Shown here piece by piece: positions 37,754-49,867 of a stretch of DNA of 64,000 bases (positions are counted from its first letter, which is position 1; every line of letters begins with the position of its first letter). The DNA is taken from the NCBI GenBank assembly GCA_964507055.1, contig CAZDOJ010000001.1:593313-657312 (forward strand). Direction: 5' to 3'. The DNA is from an uncultured Gammaproteobacteria bacterium (GTDB lineage Bacteria; Patescibacteriota; Microgenomatia; Levybacterales; UBA12049). Below the pieces are notes generated by a model, which made no database searches, was not told the origin of the DNA, and worked only from the letters and a program-made list of their open reading frames with translations. Both the position numbers and the translations under genes were made by a program.

Positions 37754-40700
37754 ATGTCTATAATAAAATCTCCAATGGCTGATTTTGTCCACCTTCACAA
37801 CCACTCAGAATTTTCGCTTCTTGATGGACTACAAAAGACAAAAAACATGGTCGAATATGCAAAAGAACTTGGGATGAAAGCACTTGCTATTACTGACCAT
37901 GGAAATATGTATGGAACTATTAAATTCTACAAAGCATGCAAAGATGCTGGGATAAAACCTATTATTGGCTGTGAGATCTATGTAAGCAAACGATCGCTCC
38001 ATTTAAAAGAAGCCGAAGATAAAGATTATAACCATTTGATACTCTTGGCAGAAAACGATGAAGGATATAAAAATCTGATGAGAATCGTTACGATTGCAAA
38101 CTTAGAAGGTTATTATTATAAACCACGAACCGATCTTGAACTGCTCGAGAAATACAAAGAAGGTATAATTTGCCTAAGTGCATGCGTCAATGGATTTGTC
38201 AGTGAACCACTTATGAAAGGAGATGATGAACTTGGAGAAAAGCGTGCCTTACAATTGGCAAAAATATACGGTCCCAATAATTTTTTTCTTGAAGTACAAC
38301 ACCATCTCAATGTACCACCGCAGGAACCTGTAAACAAAAAACTTCTCGCATTATCAAAAAAACTAGGCCTTCCAATTGTGGCTACAAATGATAACCATTA
38401 CACACGTAAAGAAGATGCTGAGGGGCAAGAAGCTCTACTCTGTATTCAAACTCAATCTACTCTCCTTGATAAAGAAAGAAAACTGTCAATGGTATCCTCC
38501 CCTGACTTTTACATCAAATCTGCTGAAGAGATGGAAAAACTTTTTGCAGACACGCCAGAAGCGATTGAAAATGCAAATAATATTGCTGAAAGATGTAATG
38601 TAGAAATTACTCTCGGTAAATGGCATATGCCAGTATTTGAAGTGCCTGATGGACTCAGTGCTGCTGATTATTTAACAAAACTTGTTTACGATGGTGCAAA
38701 AGCGAGATATGGTGATCTCACTGATACGATAAAGGAACGATTGGATTACGAGCTTTCCGTTATTGTCAAAAAAGGATATGAAACGTATTTCCTTGTGGTA
38801 TCAGACTTTGTGAATTGGGCAAAAGATCATGGAATTGCAGTTGGACCAGGAAGAGGCTCTGCTGCCGGATCAGTGGTAGGATATTGCCTAAAAATCACTG
38901 ACGCAGATCCTTTTTTCTTTAAACTTCCCTTTGAGCGATTTTTGAACCCACTTCGTCCATCAGCACCTGATATTGATTTGGATTTCGCAGATACCAGGCG
39001 TGAAGAAGTCATTGCTTACGTGACGGAAAAATATGGTAAAGATAAAGTTGCACAGATTATTACCTTTGGAACCATGGAAGCCAAAGGAGCTATACGTGAT
39101 GTTGGTCGAGTGATGGGTATGCCATATGCTGCACCAGATAGAATCTCCAAACTCATCCCGCCAGGCTTTCAAGGGAAAAATCCATCACTTGACGACTCTC
39201 TTGCACAAAGTGCTGAGCTTCGATCTGCATATCTCAATGAACCTGATACAAAAAAACTCATTGATCTAGCAAAAAAACTTGAAGGTGTTGCACGTCACGC
39301 TTCAGTTCACGCAGCAGGCGTTGTGATTGCGGATAAACCTCTTACTGAATATACACCTCTCCAAAGAGAATCTAATGGAGATAAAGTGGTAACTCAATAT
39401 GACATGTACACTGTTGGTGAGGATGGTGTCGGACTGTTAAAAATGGATTTTCTTGGTTTGAGAAATTTAACCATTATCGAAGAATGTTTAAAATTCATTA
39501 AGGAAAATCAAGGACTCGAGGTAGACTTTACAAAAGTTGATCTTGAAGATAAAAACACCTATGATCTGTTATCTGAAGGAGAAACGACAGGTATTTTCCA
39601 ACTAGAATCTGCTGGCATGCGTCGATATATCAAAGAGCTCAAGCCAACCTCAATTTTTGATCTGCAAGCAATGGTAGCTTTGTATCGACCTGGTCCAATG
39701 GCAATTATTCCAGAGTTTATTAAAAGGAAGCATAATCCAGAAACAATTGATTACCCTGATCCTCGACTAAAAGATATTTTACAACAATCCTATGGAGTAC
39801 TCACATATCAGGATGATGTGCTGTTAACTGCTATTACGCTTGCGGGATATTCATGGTTGGATGCGGATAAATTCCGAAAAGCGATGGGTAAAAAGATTCT
39901 TTCTGAGATGAAAAAGCAGGAAGAATTATTCCTCTCAGGCTGTGTCAAAAATGGTTTAACACATAAAAGAGCTGCGGAAATTTATGAACTTATTGCACCA
40001 TTTGCAGGTTATGGATTTAATAAAGCTCACGCAGCCTGTTATGCAATCATTGCTTTTCGAACTGCATATCTAAAAGCGAATTATCCTGTGGAATTTATGA
40101 CAGCATTACTAACGGCTGAATCTCGAGGTACCTCAGGACCAGCAAAAAACGAAAAAATTGCCCAAGCAGTTATGGAATGTAAACGGCTAAAGATCCCACT
40201 TTTGCCTCCTGACATCAATAAATCAGAAAAGGATTTTAGTATAGAAGATGGAACAAAGATTCGATTTGGAATGTCAGCAGTTAAAAACGTCGGAGATGCA
40301 GCAATAGATAACATATTAGAAGCTCGGAAAAGTCGCAAGTTTACAACAATTGAGGACTTCCTTGTACGATTAACATTATCAGCAGTCAATAAAAAGACAC
40401 TAGAATCCTTAATAAAAGTTGGAGCTATGGATGCTTTTGGAAACAGAGCTTCATTGCTTATCGCCTTTCCTGAAATTGTTAGTAAAATTACGGTTATCAG
40501 GAAACAACAAGCAGAAGGCCAAGCTTCCCTTTTCGACATTCCCGATGAATCTGATAGCACAACTCCAAACATCGACTTTTCATTAACTGAAATTGAAGAT
40601 TTCACAAAGGAAGAGAAATTGAACTTTGAAAGAGACTTTCTTGGGATATATCTCACTGCACATCCGCATTTAGAGAAACTTGCATACCTGAAATCATTTG

Positions 40701-41026
40701 GAACAATTGGGTTTGATGAATTAGAAGAGCAAGAACAAGGAAGTGTAGTAAAAATTGGAGGCATAGTCGATAGTGTTAAAAAGATTTTTACGAAGAAGAC
40801 AAATGCCGAAATGGCATTTTTGGGTATAGCCGATGAAAAAGGAACGATAATTGAATGTGTCGTTTTCCCTAAATCATTTGAGTTATTTAAGAACTTATTA
40901 GTTAAAGATAGTGTCATTATTGTCAATGGAAAATATGATACGAAGAATGATAAGCCTACCTTATTGGCAGATAGTATTACATCTATTGATACGCTGCTCC
41001 TTGACTTAAATCCAAAGACAAATTAA
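37754..41026 (+). CDS. dnaE: DNA polymerase III alpha subunit
   Basis: N-terminal PHP domain (FVHLHNHSEFSLLDG), a polymerase core, and an OB-fold. It is 1090 aa, and an alternative start lies at MADF (37775). Confidence 0.95.
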   Translation: MSIIKSPMADFVHLHNHSEFSLLDGLQKTKNMVEYAKELGMKALAITDHGNMYGTIKFYKACKDAGIKPIIGCEIYVSKRSLHLKEAEDKDYNHLILLAENDEGYKNLMRIVTIANLEGYYYKPRTDLELLEKYKEGIICLSACVNGFVSEPLMKGDDELGEKRALQLAKIYGPNNFFLEVQHHLNVPPQEPVNKKLLALSKKLGLPIVATNDNHYTRKEDAEGQEALLCIQTQSTLLDKERKLSMVSSPDFYIKSAEEMEKLFADTPEAIENANNIAERCNVEITLGKWHMPVFEVPDGLSAADYLTKLVYDGAKARYGDLTDTIKERLDYELSVIVKKGYETYFLVVSDFVNWAKDHGIAVGPGRGSAAGSVVGYCLKITDADPFFFKLPFERFLNPLRPSAPDIDLDFADTRREEVIAYVTEKYGKDKVAQIITFGTMEAKGAIRDVGRVMGMPYAAPDRISKLIPPGFQGKNPSLDDSLAQSAELRSAYLNEPDTKKLIDLAKKLEGVARHASVHAAGVVIADKPLTEYTPLQRESNGDKVVTQYDMYTVGEDGVGLLKMDFLGLRNLTIIEECLKFIKENQGLEVDFTKVDLEDKNTYDLLSEGETTGIFQLESAGMRRYIKELKPTSIFDLQAMVALYRPGPMAIIPEFIKRKHNPETIDYPDPRLKDILQQSYGVLTYQDDVLLTAITLAGYSWLDADKFRKAMGKKILSEMKKQEELFLSGCVKNGLTHKRAAEIYELIAPFAGYGFNKAHAACYAIIAFRTAYLKANYPVEFMTALLTAESRGTSGPAKNEKIAQAVMECKRLKIPLLPPDINKSEKDFSIEDGTKIRFGMSAVKNVGDAAIDNILEARKSRKFTTIEDFLVRLTLSAVNKKTLESLIKVGAMDAFGNRASLLIAFPEIVSKITVIRKQQAEGQASLFDIPDESDSTTPNIDFSLTEIEDFTKEEKLNFERDFLGIYLTAHPHLEKLAYLKSFGTIGFDELEEQEQGSVVKIGGIVDSVKKIFTKKTNAEMAFLGIADEKGTIIECVVFPKSFELFKNLLVKDSVIIVNGKYDTKNDKPTLLADSITSIDTLLLDLNPKTN

Positions 41027-41063
41027 AATGTGAGAGCCTGATTCTTCGGGTATTTTTTATTTT

Positions 41064-41804
41064 ATGTTATCGCTAGCAGCTGAAGAACTCACTCATATTG
41101 GTCCAATTCCCATCACCAACGCTGTCGTTGATACTATCCTCGTCGATATTATTCTCATCGCTTTAGCTTGGTATGTCTACAAAAACGCGAAACTGATACC
41201 TGGTGCTTTTCAAAGTATTATTGAAATGGCGGTCGAAGGATTTTATAACCTGACAAGCTCTGTCGCCAAGGACAATGCAAAAAAGATTTTCCCTTATGTT
41301 ATGACATTCTTCTTATTCATTCTTGTTGCCAACTGGAGTGGATTGCTTCCGATTCTTTCTGCACTCGAAGTACCAGTTGCAGGGCATGGTGGAGAGGCAC
41401 ATCATGCACATTTACTAAGAAGTGCATCAACAGATCTTAATGTGACAATTGCATTGGCTATCGTTTCTTTAATAGCAACACATACAATGAGTATTCAAAC
41501 TTTAGGCATAAAATCATATCTTGGACGATTCTTCTCATTAAATCCACTTGCTGCATATACTGGGCTTCTTGAACTTATTTCAGAATTTACGAAAGTTATC
41601 TCATTCTCTTTCCGTCTTTTCGGAAACATTTTCGTAGGAGAAGTTATGCTGGTTTCGCTGTCAGCGGCAGCTGCCTTTTTCCTTCCTATTCCAATCATTC
41701 TTTATGAAATGTTTGTAGGAGTCGTCCAAGCAGCTATTTTTGGTTTATTAACTATGGCATTCATGGGAATCTTTACGACTCCACATGGTTCAGATGCTCA
41801 TTAA
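41064..41804 (+). CDS. atpB: F0F1 ATP synthase subunit a
   Basis: Polytopic membrane protein with a conserved Arg helix (FSFRLFGNIFVGEV). First gene of the atp operon. Confidence 0.9.
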   Translation: MLSLAAEELTHIGPIPITNAVVDTILVDIILIALAWYVYKNAKLIPGAFQSIIEMAVEGFYNLTSSVAKDNAKKIFPYVMTFFLFILVANWSGLLPILSALEVPVAGHGGEAHHAHLLRSASTDLNVTIALAIVSLIATHTMSIQTLGIKSYLGRFFSLNPLAAYTGLLELISEFTKVISFSFRLFGNIFVGEVMLVSLSAAAAFFLPIPIILYEMFVGVVQAAIFGLLTMAFMGIFTTPHGSDAH

Positions 41805-41875
41805 AAATGGCATCGCAATTCAGAACCTCAACTGATATAATGCAAAAAAAGAGGACCGAGGAGGTGATTTAATTT

Positions 41876-42082
41876 ATGGAAATTTCAATTACAGGAGGTA
41901 TTATTGCAGCAATCGGAGGTCTTGGACCAGGAATTGGTGTCGGACTTATCGGAGCGAAAGCTATGGAAGCAATCGGAAGAAATCCAGACGCGTCAGGTAG
42001 AATTATCCCTATCATGATCGTTGCTATGGGTTTTGCTGAAGCTATCGCTATTTACTCATTAGTTTTTGCTTTCTTAGGCTAA
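41876..42082 (+). CDS. atpE: F0F1 ATP synthase subunit c
   Basis: Hairpin proteolipid with GxGxGxG and the carboxylate in AMGFAEAIAIY. Confidence 0.9.
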   Translation: MEISITGGIIAAIGGLGPGIGVGLIGAKAMEAIGRNPDASGRIIPIMIVAMGFAEAIAIYSLVFAFLG

Positions 42083-42193
42083 GCTTAAGAAGCATGAATT
42101 AAGAATTAAGTGTAAAGGAAATGTTTTTCATTTTTCTTATCTTAATTGCAATTGCTTAATTCTTGATTCATAGGTTAAAAACTATATTATATT

Positions 42194-42700
42194 ATGGAAA
42201 TATTTGAGATATTTGGATTAAATTGGATACTTATCCTTGGACAGATAGTTAATTTTTTGGCAATCTTATGGATTTTAAAGAAGTTTCTTTATAAGCCACT
42301 CTTTACTATTCTTGAGAAACGTCAGCAATTGGCGAAAGAAGCTGTAGAAAAAGCTGATGAAAGTTCAAAGGCTTTAGAAAAAGCTCAAGAAGAAGAAAAG
42401 GCGATCATTAAAAAAGCTCAAACCACGGCTGCACAAATCGTTGCAGATGCAAAAGAGCAGGCATCTGATATCGCGAAAAAATCTGAAGAGAATACAAAGA
42501 AACAAACAGATAAGATGATTGCTGACGCAAAGTCACAGATCGAACAAGAAACAAAAGAAGCACAAGCACAACTTAATAAATATGTAGCAAAGCTTTCTGT
42601 TGATTTGTTGAAGAAATCCATCGCAAATGTCTTTACAGAAAAAGAACAAAGTGAAATTGTGGAGCGAGCTGTGAAGGAAATGCAGAAAAGACCAAACTAA
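42194..42700 (+). CDS. atpF: F0F1 ATP synthase subunit b
   Basis: N-terminal TM plus a long charged coiled coil. Confidence 0.85.
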   Translation: MEIFEIFGLNWILILGQIVNFLAILWILKKFLYKPLFTILEKRQQLAKEAVEKADESSKALEKAQEEEKAIIKKAQTTAAQIVADAKEQASDIAKKSEENTKKQTDKMIADAKSQIEQETKEAQAQLNKYVAKLSVDLLKKSIANVFTEKEQSEIVERAVKEMQKRPN

Positions 42701-43053
42701 TGGTAACAGTAAATATCAAAAAACTAGTTAAAGAAAGTTATAAAGACGGTATATTAGTAGAGGAATACGTAGAATATATTGCGGGAAAATTAAGCCGTAA
42801 GGATCTTAAAGAATATATTTCTTTGCTTAAAGCAGAAGAAATGAAAAAACAGGTATTGGTGACGTCAGCAAGTGAGCTTTCGAAGGAAGATATAGCGAAA
42901 ATTCAAAAGCTCTACCCTGGAATGCAAATCGTCACTTCAATTGATAAATCAATGATTAGTGGAGTACGAATTGTAGAAAATAATAAGGAGTACGAGATTA
43001 ATTTAAATCGTACGTTTCATGATATAATAGGTTTCTTAAGTCGAAATGATTGA
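42700..43053 (+). CDS. atpH: F0F1 ATP synthase subunit delta (OSCP), an unusually short 117-aa form
   Basis: Sits between atpF and atpA. The C-terminal OSCP-like segment (VTSASELSKEDIAKIQKL...ISGVRIVENNKEYEINL) is present, but the N-terminal helical domain appears absent. Confidence 0.65.
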   Translation: MVTVNIKKLVKESYKDGILVEEYVEYIAGKLSRKDLKEYISLLKAEEMKKQVLVTSASELSKEDIAKIQKLYPGMQIVTSIDKSMISGVRIVENNKEYEINLNRTFHDIIGFLSRND

Positions 43054-44566
43054 TAATAAAAGCATAATAGAAAATTTAGAAAAGCGTCTAAACGCATTCA
43101 ATGATAATCCGAAAGTACAAAATGTCGGAAAAGTTGAAAAGAATACTGACGGAGTTATAACCGCTTCAGGTCTGACAAATGCATTCATGGGAGAAATGAT
43201 TGATTTTTCAGACGGAAGTACAGGTTTCATCCTCAACCTCGATGAAGACCACGCTTCTATCATCCTTTTAAGTGGTGGCACCAATATCAAAGAAGGAGAT
43301 ACAGTAAAAACCACAGGAAAGAGATTAACAGTTCATGCAAGTGATGAACTCTTGGGTCGAGTTATTAATCCCACAGGAGCACCACTCGATGGCAAGCCAG
43401 CAGCCAAAAAAGGTAAAGACATGCCTCTTGAAAGAATTGCTGCAGGTGTTGTAGAACGTGAACCGGTTGGAACTCCATTAAAGACAGGTATTAAATCAAT
43501 TGATGCTATGTTCCCTATTGGCCGAGGGCAAAGACAACTTATCATTGGAGATCGTGGACTTGGTAAAACAGCTATTGCAGTTGATACTATTATCAACCAA
43601 AGAGACACAATGAAAGGCCAAAAGCCAGTTGTTTGTGTCTATGTAGCAATTGGACAAAAACAAAGTACAATTGCACAAGTAGTTGATAAATTGAAGCAAG
43701 AAAATGCTATGGCAAATACAATCGTTGTTGCTGCTGGAGCATCGGACGCGGCATCTATCCAATATCTCGCACCTTATGCGGGAGTTGCTATCGCAGAATA
43801 CTTCCTTGAAAAAGGTGAAGATGTTCTTATCGTCTACGATGATTTAACAAAGCACGCATGGGCTTACCGTCAATTATCTTTGGTTCTTCGACGACCAGCT
43901 GGCCGTGAAGCATATCCTGGAGACATTTTCTATCTCCACAGTCGATTACTCGAGCGAGCAGTTCGATTAAATGAGAAAAATGGTGGAGGCTCAATCACTG
44001 CGCTTCCAATCATTGAAACACAGGCTGGAGATATCTCCGCGTATATTCCGACAAATGTTATTTCAATTACTGACGGACAGATCTTCTTGGTTAGTGATCT
44101 TTTTAATGCAGGTGTACGTCCAGCTATTAATACCGGTACTTCAGTTTCCCGTGTGGGTGGAGCAGCACAAACGAGTGCAATGAAATCAGTTGCGGGTAAG
44201 ATGAAACTTGAAATGTCACAATTCCGAGAATTAGCAGCTTTTGCTCAATTTGGAAGTGAACTTGACCCAGCAACGCAAGCACAGCTTGAACGTGGTAAGA
44301 GAATTAACGAAATTCTCAAGCAACCGCAATATAATCCATATTCAGAAAATCTTGAGGTACTCAGTATTGCAACAGTTACTAATGGGTTCATTGATGATAT
44401 CCCAGTTGAGGATGTTCCACGATTTGAGCAGGAATTACATACATATGTACAGAAACATCATAAGAAACTTCTCGAATCACTTGGTGGAAAAGATAAAGTA
44501 ACACCAGATGCCGTCAAAGAATTACAAAAGCTAGTAGATGAATTTAAAAAGAAATTTAAAGTCTAG
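43046..44566 (+). CDS. atpA: F0F1 ATP synthase subunit alpha
   Basis: GDRGLGKT P-loop and alpha-specific motifs. Confidence 0.95.
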   Translation: MIDNKSIIENLEKRLNAFNDNPKVQNVGKVEKNTDGVITASGLTNAFMGEMIDFSDGSTGFILNLDEDHASIILLSGGTNIKEGDTVKTTGKRLTVHASDELLGRVINPTGAPLDGKPAAKKGKDMPLERIAAGVVEREPVGTPLKTGIKSIDAMFPIGRGQRQLIIGDRGLGKTAIAVDTIINQRDTMKGQKPVVCVYVAIGQKQSTIAQVVDKLKQENAMANTIVVAAGASDAASIQYLAPYAGVAIAEYFLEKGEDVLIVYDDLTKHAWAYRQLSLVLRRPAGREAYPGDIFYLHSRLLERAVRLNEKNGGGSITALPIIETQAGDISAYIPTNVISITDGQIFLVSDLFNAGVRPAINTGTSVSRVGGAAQTSAMKSVAGKMKLEMSQFRELAAFAQFGSELDPATQAQLERGKRINEILKQPQYNPYSENLEVLSIATVTNGFIDDIPVEDVPRFEQELHTYVQKHHKKLLESLGGKDKVTPDAVKELQKLVDEFKKKFKV

Positions 44567-44621
44567 TTTGGGCTTAGTATAGTGGACCAAACACTAAGCA
44601 CTAACTAACTAAGCACTAACT

Positions 44622-46896
<2,275 letters not shown>

Positions 46897-46907
46897 TACA
46901 ACCAATT

Positions 46908-47324
46908 ATGAAACTCGAGATAGTAACTCCAGAAAAAATTATCTATAGCGGCGATGTAGACCAAATTACTGTTGAAACAGTGGATGGAAGAATCGCTATC
47001 CTTCCCCATCATGTAAATTTATTTACCAAAATCAAACCAGGCGAACTACATCTCAAAATAGCTGATAAAGAACAGTTCCTTGCAGTTACTGGAGGATTCT
47101 TGGAAGTAAGCAATAATAAGGTAACTATTCTAGCAGATTATGCGATACACGCTGAAGAAGTTGATGTTGAAAAAGCACTTGCTGCTCAAAAGAGAGCTGA
47201 AGAACTATTAAAGAAAAAAGAAGGTCAGCTTTCAGATATCGAATACGCGGAACTCCAAGGTGCACTTGGTCGAGCATTGCTCGAATTGGATATAGCCAAC
47301 AAACGTAGGCGGAGAAAAGTTTAG
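46908..47324 (+). CDS. atpC: F0F1 ATP synthase subunit epsilon
   Basis: MKLEIVTPEKIIYSGDV...ILPHH is the canonical epsilon N-terminal beta-sandwich. Confidence 0.85.
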   Translation: MKLEIVTPEKIIYSGDVDQITVETVDGRIAILPHHVNLFTKIKPGELHLKIADKEQFLAVTGGFLEVSNNKVTILADYAIHAEEVDVEKALAAQKRAEELLKKKEGQLSDIEYAELQGALGRALLELDIANKRRRRKV

Positions 47325-47389
47325 GCACAATTGAGTAAATAAAATACTCTATTAAATATTAATTGTATTTTCTTCTTATTATTACTCCT

Positions 47390-47425
47390 TGCAATTTCCC
47401 GAAAAATTTTGTATACTAAATTGGT
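47390..47425 (+). promoter_or_regulatory. Near-consensus sigma70-type promoter (TTGCAA - 17 nt - TATACT)
   Basis: ttgcaatttcccgaaaaattttgtatact read directly. It lies in a 450-bp AT-rich non-coding gap upstream of tRNA-Thr. Confidence 0.35.
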
Positions 47426-47775
47426 TCAAGGATACTATTATTTGGCCCAGTTCATTTCTTAGATTTATAGAAAATAGTATTTCAGGAAGCACTCCTCATT
47501 TAGCCTCAAATTAGCAGTCATACCAAAAATTTGCTAAGTATATAGTAATTTTTCTGAAATCTTAGCCTCGAATTAAAATAATTTTTTAAACAAAAATTAG
47601 CTTAATTGAACAATATTTTATGTATATAATATAAATTATGAGGACTCGCTGATATTTTTTATCAGTACTGAATTAAGTTTTTTATACCTATATGAGTTAA
47701 ATCTTGCATATAAATTCGTTCATAAATAATACTCATTTGCTACCTGAGCTAAAATTAATTAAAATACATTTTATC

Positions 47776-47847
47776 GCCGATGTAGCTCAGAGGTAGAGCA
47801 GCGGTATCGTAAACCGCTGGCCGTGGGTTCAATTCCCACCATCGGCT
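47776..47847 (+). tRNA. tRNA-Thr (anticodon CGT); CCA not encoded
   Basis: GCCGATGTAGCTCAGAGGTAGAGCAGCGGTATCGTAAACCGCTGGCCGTGGGTTCAATTCCCACCATCGGCT. The 7-bp acceptor and the D, anticodon and T arms fold canonically. Confidence 0.85.
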
Positions 47848-47861
47848 CTCATTTTCCCGAA

Positions 47862-49049
47862 TTATTGCAAATGCCAATAGAGTGTCATTTTGCCTCCGTC
47901 ATGAAATAAGAAAACGCCATTACCGCCATCTCCTGTGCAGTTTCTACAAAAATATGCTTGTCCAGACTCAACTGCACGGACGGCAGTATCACCTCTTCTG
48001 TGCATATCTATAGCAGGATGTGGATTTCCATTGTAATAAGGACCACTGTAACATGTGACTCCAGACGCCTGTGACAAATATAATCCATCAGTCGCCATAG
48101 GCCAACTCCACGTGCCACTTCCACTTGTTGCCATACCACTTGGATCGCCACTACAACCACTGATCCAATTTACCGTTCGAGGTTCAAGGTAGTTCAATGG
48201 ATTCTCCCATCCGCCATAATAACTATATTGTGATAATGATGACGCATTATAAACTCCAAAATGTAAATGTGCACCCGTAGAAAAACCTGTGTTCCCCATC
48301 CAACCAATTTGCTCACCCTTGGCAACTCTACGTGGTTCAGTGGATATTAATACTTTTGCAGCACGGGCAATACTCCGTAATTCTTGTTGTGCATCAGATA
48401 AACGGCTCTGATACTCCCCTTCAGAGTTTTTGGTTGTTGTAAGTAAATTTTGCTTTTCAATCTTTTGTTGATCAAGTTCTCTTGTGTATGCCTCAAGTTG
48501 CTTGTTTAGCAGCTCGACTTTATTCTTTTTTTCTTCAAAAATATTCTTTTGATTTTGATAATCATTTTTTGCTTGCTGAGTATTAATAAGTAACGCTTGA
48601 TCATGTGCACGAACTAATTTAATGTAGTTTATTTTTTTAAAATAGTCGTCTGCTCCATTGGCGGCAAAAAGTACATGAACCGCCTGCATATCGCCCAATT
48701 GGTATGAAGTAACTATTCTTTTAACAAGCACTTTTGAAACTTGATCGAGAGAGCCTTCTAAATTGTCTATCTTTTTTGAAGCCGCTGTTATGTCTTTACT
48801 AAGAACCTCAATCTGGTTCTTTGTTGAAGCTATTCTATATTCTGTTAACTTCATCTGACTGTCCATCATTTGAATTTGTGAAGAAAGAGTTTTTGCTTGT
48901 CCTTGAAGTTCAGTAATTTTACCTTGATATTCTTTTATTTTTCCTTCAAGCTCTGAGGCAGATGCACCATAGACAGTATTCTGAGGAAGTAGCAATACTA
49001 TAAGTGTAAAAATTGAACTCACGAGAAAGAATTTTGAGGGATTCATATG
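47862..49049 (-). CDS. Secreted M23-family metallopeptidase with an N-terminal coiled coil. Its catalytic motifs are in permuted order (the HxH block precedes the HxxxD block). The longest ORF reaches 49163, but the signal-peptide start is at 49049.
   Basis: Signal peptide MNPSKFFLVSSIFTLIVLLLP and a coiled coil. GWMGNTGFSTGAHLHF appears at about residues 270-290, while HPAIDMHRRGDTAVRAVESGQAY...GNGVFLFHDGGKMTLYWHL sits at the extreme C-terminus. Confidence 0.75.
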   Translation of the reverse strand, partial: HMNPSKFFLVSSIFTLIVLLLPQNTVYGASASELEGKIKEYQGKITELQGQAKTLSSQIQMMDSQMKLTEYRIASTKNQIEVLSKDITAASKKIDNLEGSLDQVSKVLVKRIVTSYQLGDMQAVHVLFAANGADDYFKKINYIKLVRAHDQALLINTQQAKNDYQNQKNIFEEKKNKVELLNKQLEAYTRELDQQKIEKQNLLTTTKNSEGEYQSRLSDAQQELRSIARAAKVLISTEPRRVAKGEQIGWMGNTGFSTGAHLHFGVYNASSLSQYSYYGGWENPLNYLEPRTVNWISGCSGDPSGMATSGSGTWSWPMATDGLYLSQASGVTCYSGPYYNGNPHPAIDMHRRGDTAVRAVESGQAYFCRNCTGDGGNGVFLFHDGGKMTLYWHLQ

Positions 49050-49120
49050 CTCAAAAATGATACCACAAGCACAAAGTTTGGTAAAGCTATAGAGATTTGA
49101 TAAGCATCTTTTGACATTTT

Positions 49121-49867
49121 TTGCTAGAATATCACTACATGAGACAACCAGCAGAAAAATCACGATTCAAAGAGCACCTACAAAAAGAAGCATCAAGAAA
49201 TGTTATCTTTGCAATTTTGGGAATTATTCTCGTTGTTGCTCTTCTTATAATCTTTGGAACCAATATATTAGTAAGCTTTAGTTTGCTTGTAGGGAAAATA
49301 TCTGGCACTGATGACCCCCCTGCTGAAACGCAACAAAATGTCACCTATATCGCTCCTCCAACACTTGATCCGACGGCGGAGGCTACAAGTAGTGCTGCTG
49401 TTGTCATAACCGGATATGGAAAGCCAGACCAACGGATAGATCTTTATCGAAATGGGAAAATGATAAGTAAAACAACTGTAAAAAGTAATAACACCTTTCG
49501 ATTTACGAATGTTACATTGGTGGAAGGCGTAAATAGCTTAAAAGCAAGAGCAGTTACAGATGATAATCAACGAAGTAACTATTCAAATGAAATTAGGATA
49601 TCTTTGCTTAATAAATCCCCTGAACTTTCGGTAGACTTTCCACAAGATGGTCAAGTCTTTAAGAAAGACCAAAGTCCAATTAAAATTAGTGGAAAGACAG
49701 ATCCAGGCGTAAAAATTACAGTAAATGATTTTAGAGCTATTGTTGATAGTAGTGGAAATTATAGCTATTTGTATAATTTAAAGGATGGAGACAATAATCT
49801 AAAAATTGCAGCAACAGATAATGCAGGAAATCAGACGACTAAAGAGATTAACATTCGGATAGAATAA
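49121..49867 (+). CDS. Hypothetical membrane-anchored protein with extracytoplasmic Ig-like (Big-type) beta domains
   Basis: N-terminal TM (VIFAILGIILVVALLIIFG), then beta-rich repeats (VVITGYGKPDQRIDLYRNGK..., IKISGKTDPGVKITVND). Confidence 0.45.
   Translation: MLEYHYMRQPAEKSRFKEHLQKEASRNVIFAILGIILVVALLIIFGTNILVSFSLLVGKISGTDDPPAETQQNVTYIAPPTLDPTAEATSSAAVVITGYGKPDQRIDLYRNGKMISKTTVKSNNTFRFTNVTLVEGVNSLKARAVTDDNQRSNYSNEIRISLLNKSPELSVDFPQDGQVFKKDQSPIKISGKTDPGVKITVNDFRAIVDSSGNYSYLYNLKDGDNNLKIAATDNAGNQTTKEINIRIE

Noticed and set aside
40081-40926. 281-aa ORF antisense to dnaE
   Set aside because: It lies inside the dnaE coding region. Its Ser/Phe-rich translation is typical of a shadow ORF in AT-rich DNA.
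41027-41063. Putative terminator after dnaE (gagagcctgattcttcgggtatttttt)
   Set aside because: It has a UUCG-like loop and a T-run, but no convincing base-paired stem could be built by hand.
47325-47775. Possible structured ncRNA (tmRNA, RNase P, SRP or 6S) in the AT-rich gap
   Set aside because: The region is extremely AT-rich and low-complexity. Only weak AT hairpins were found by eye, and none of the conserved motifs of these RNAs. Covariance-model scans are needed before any call.
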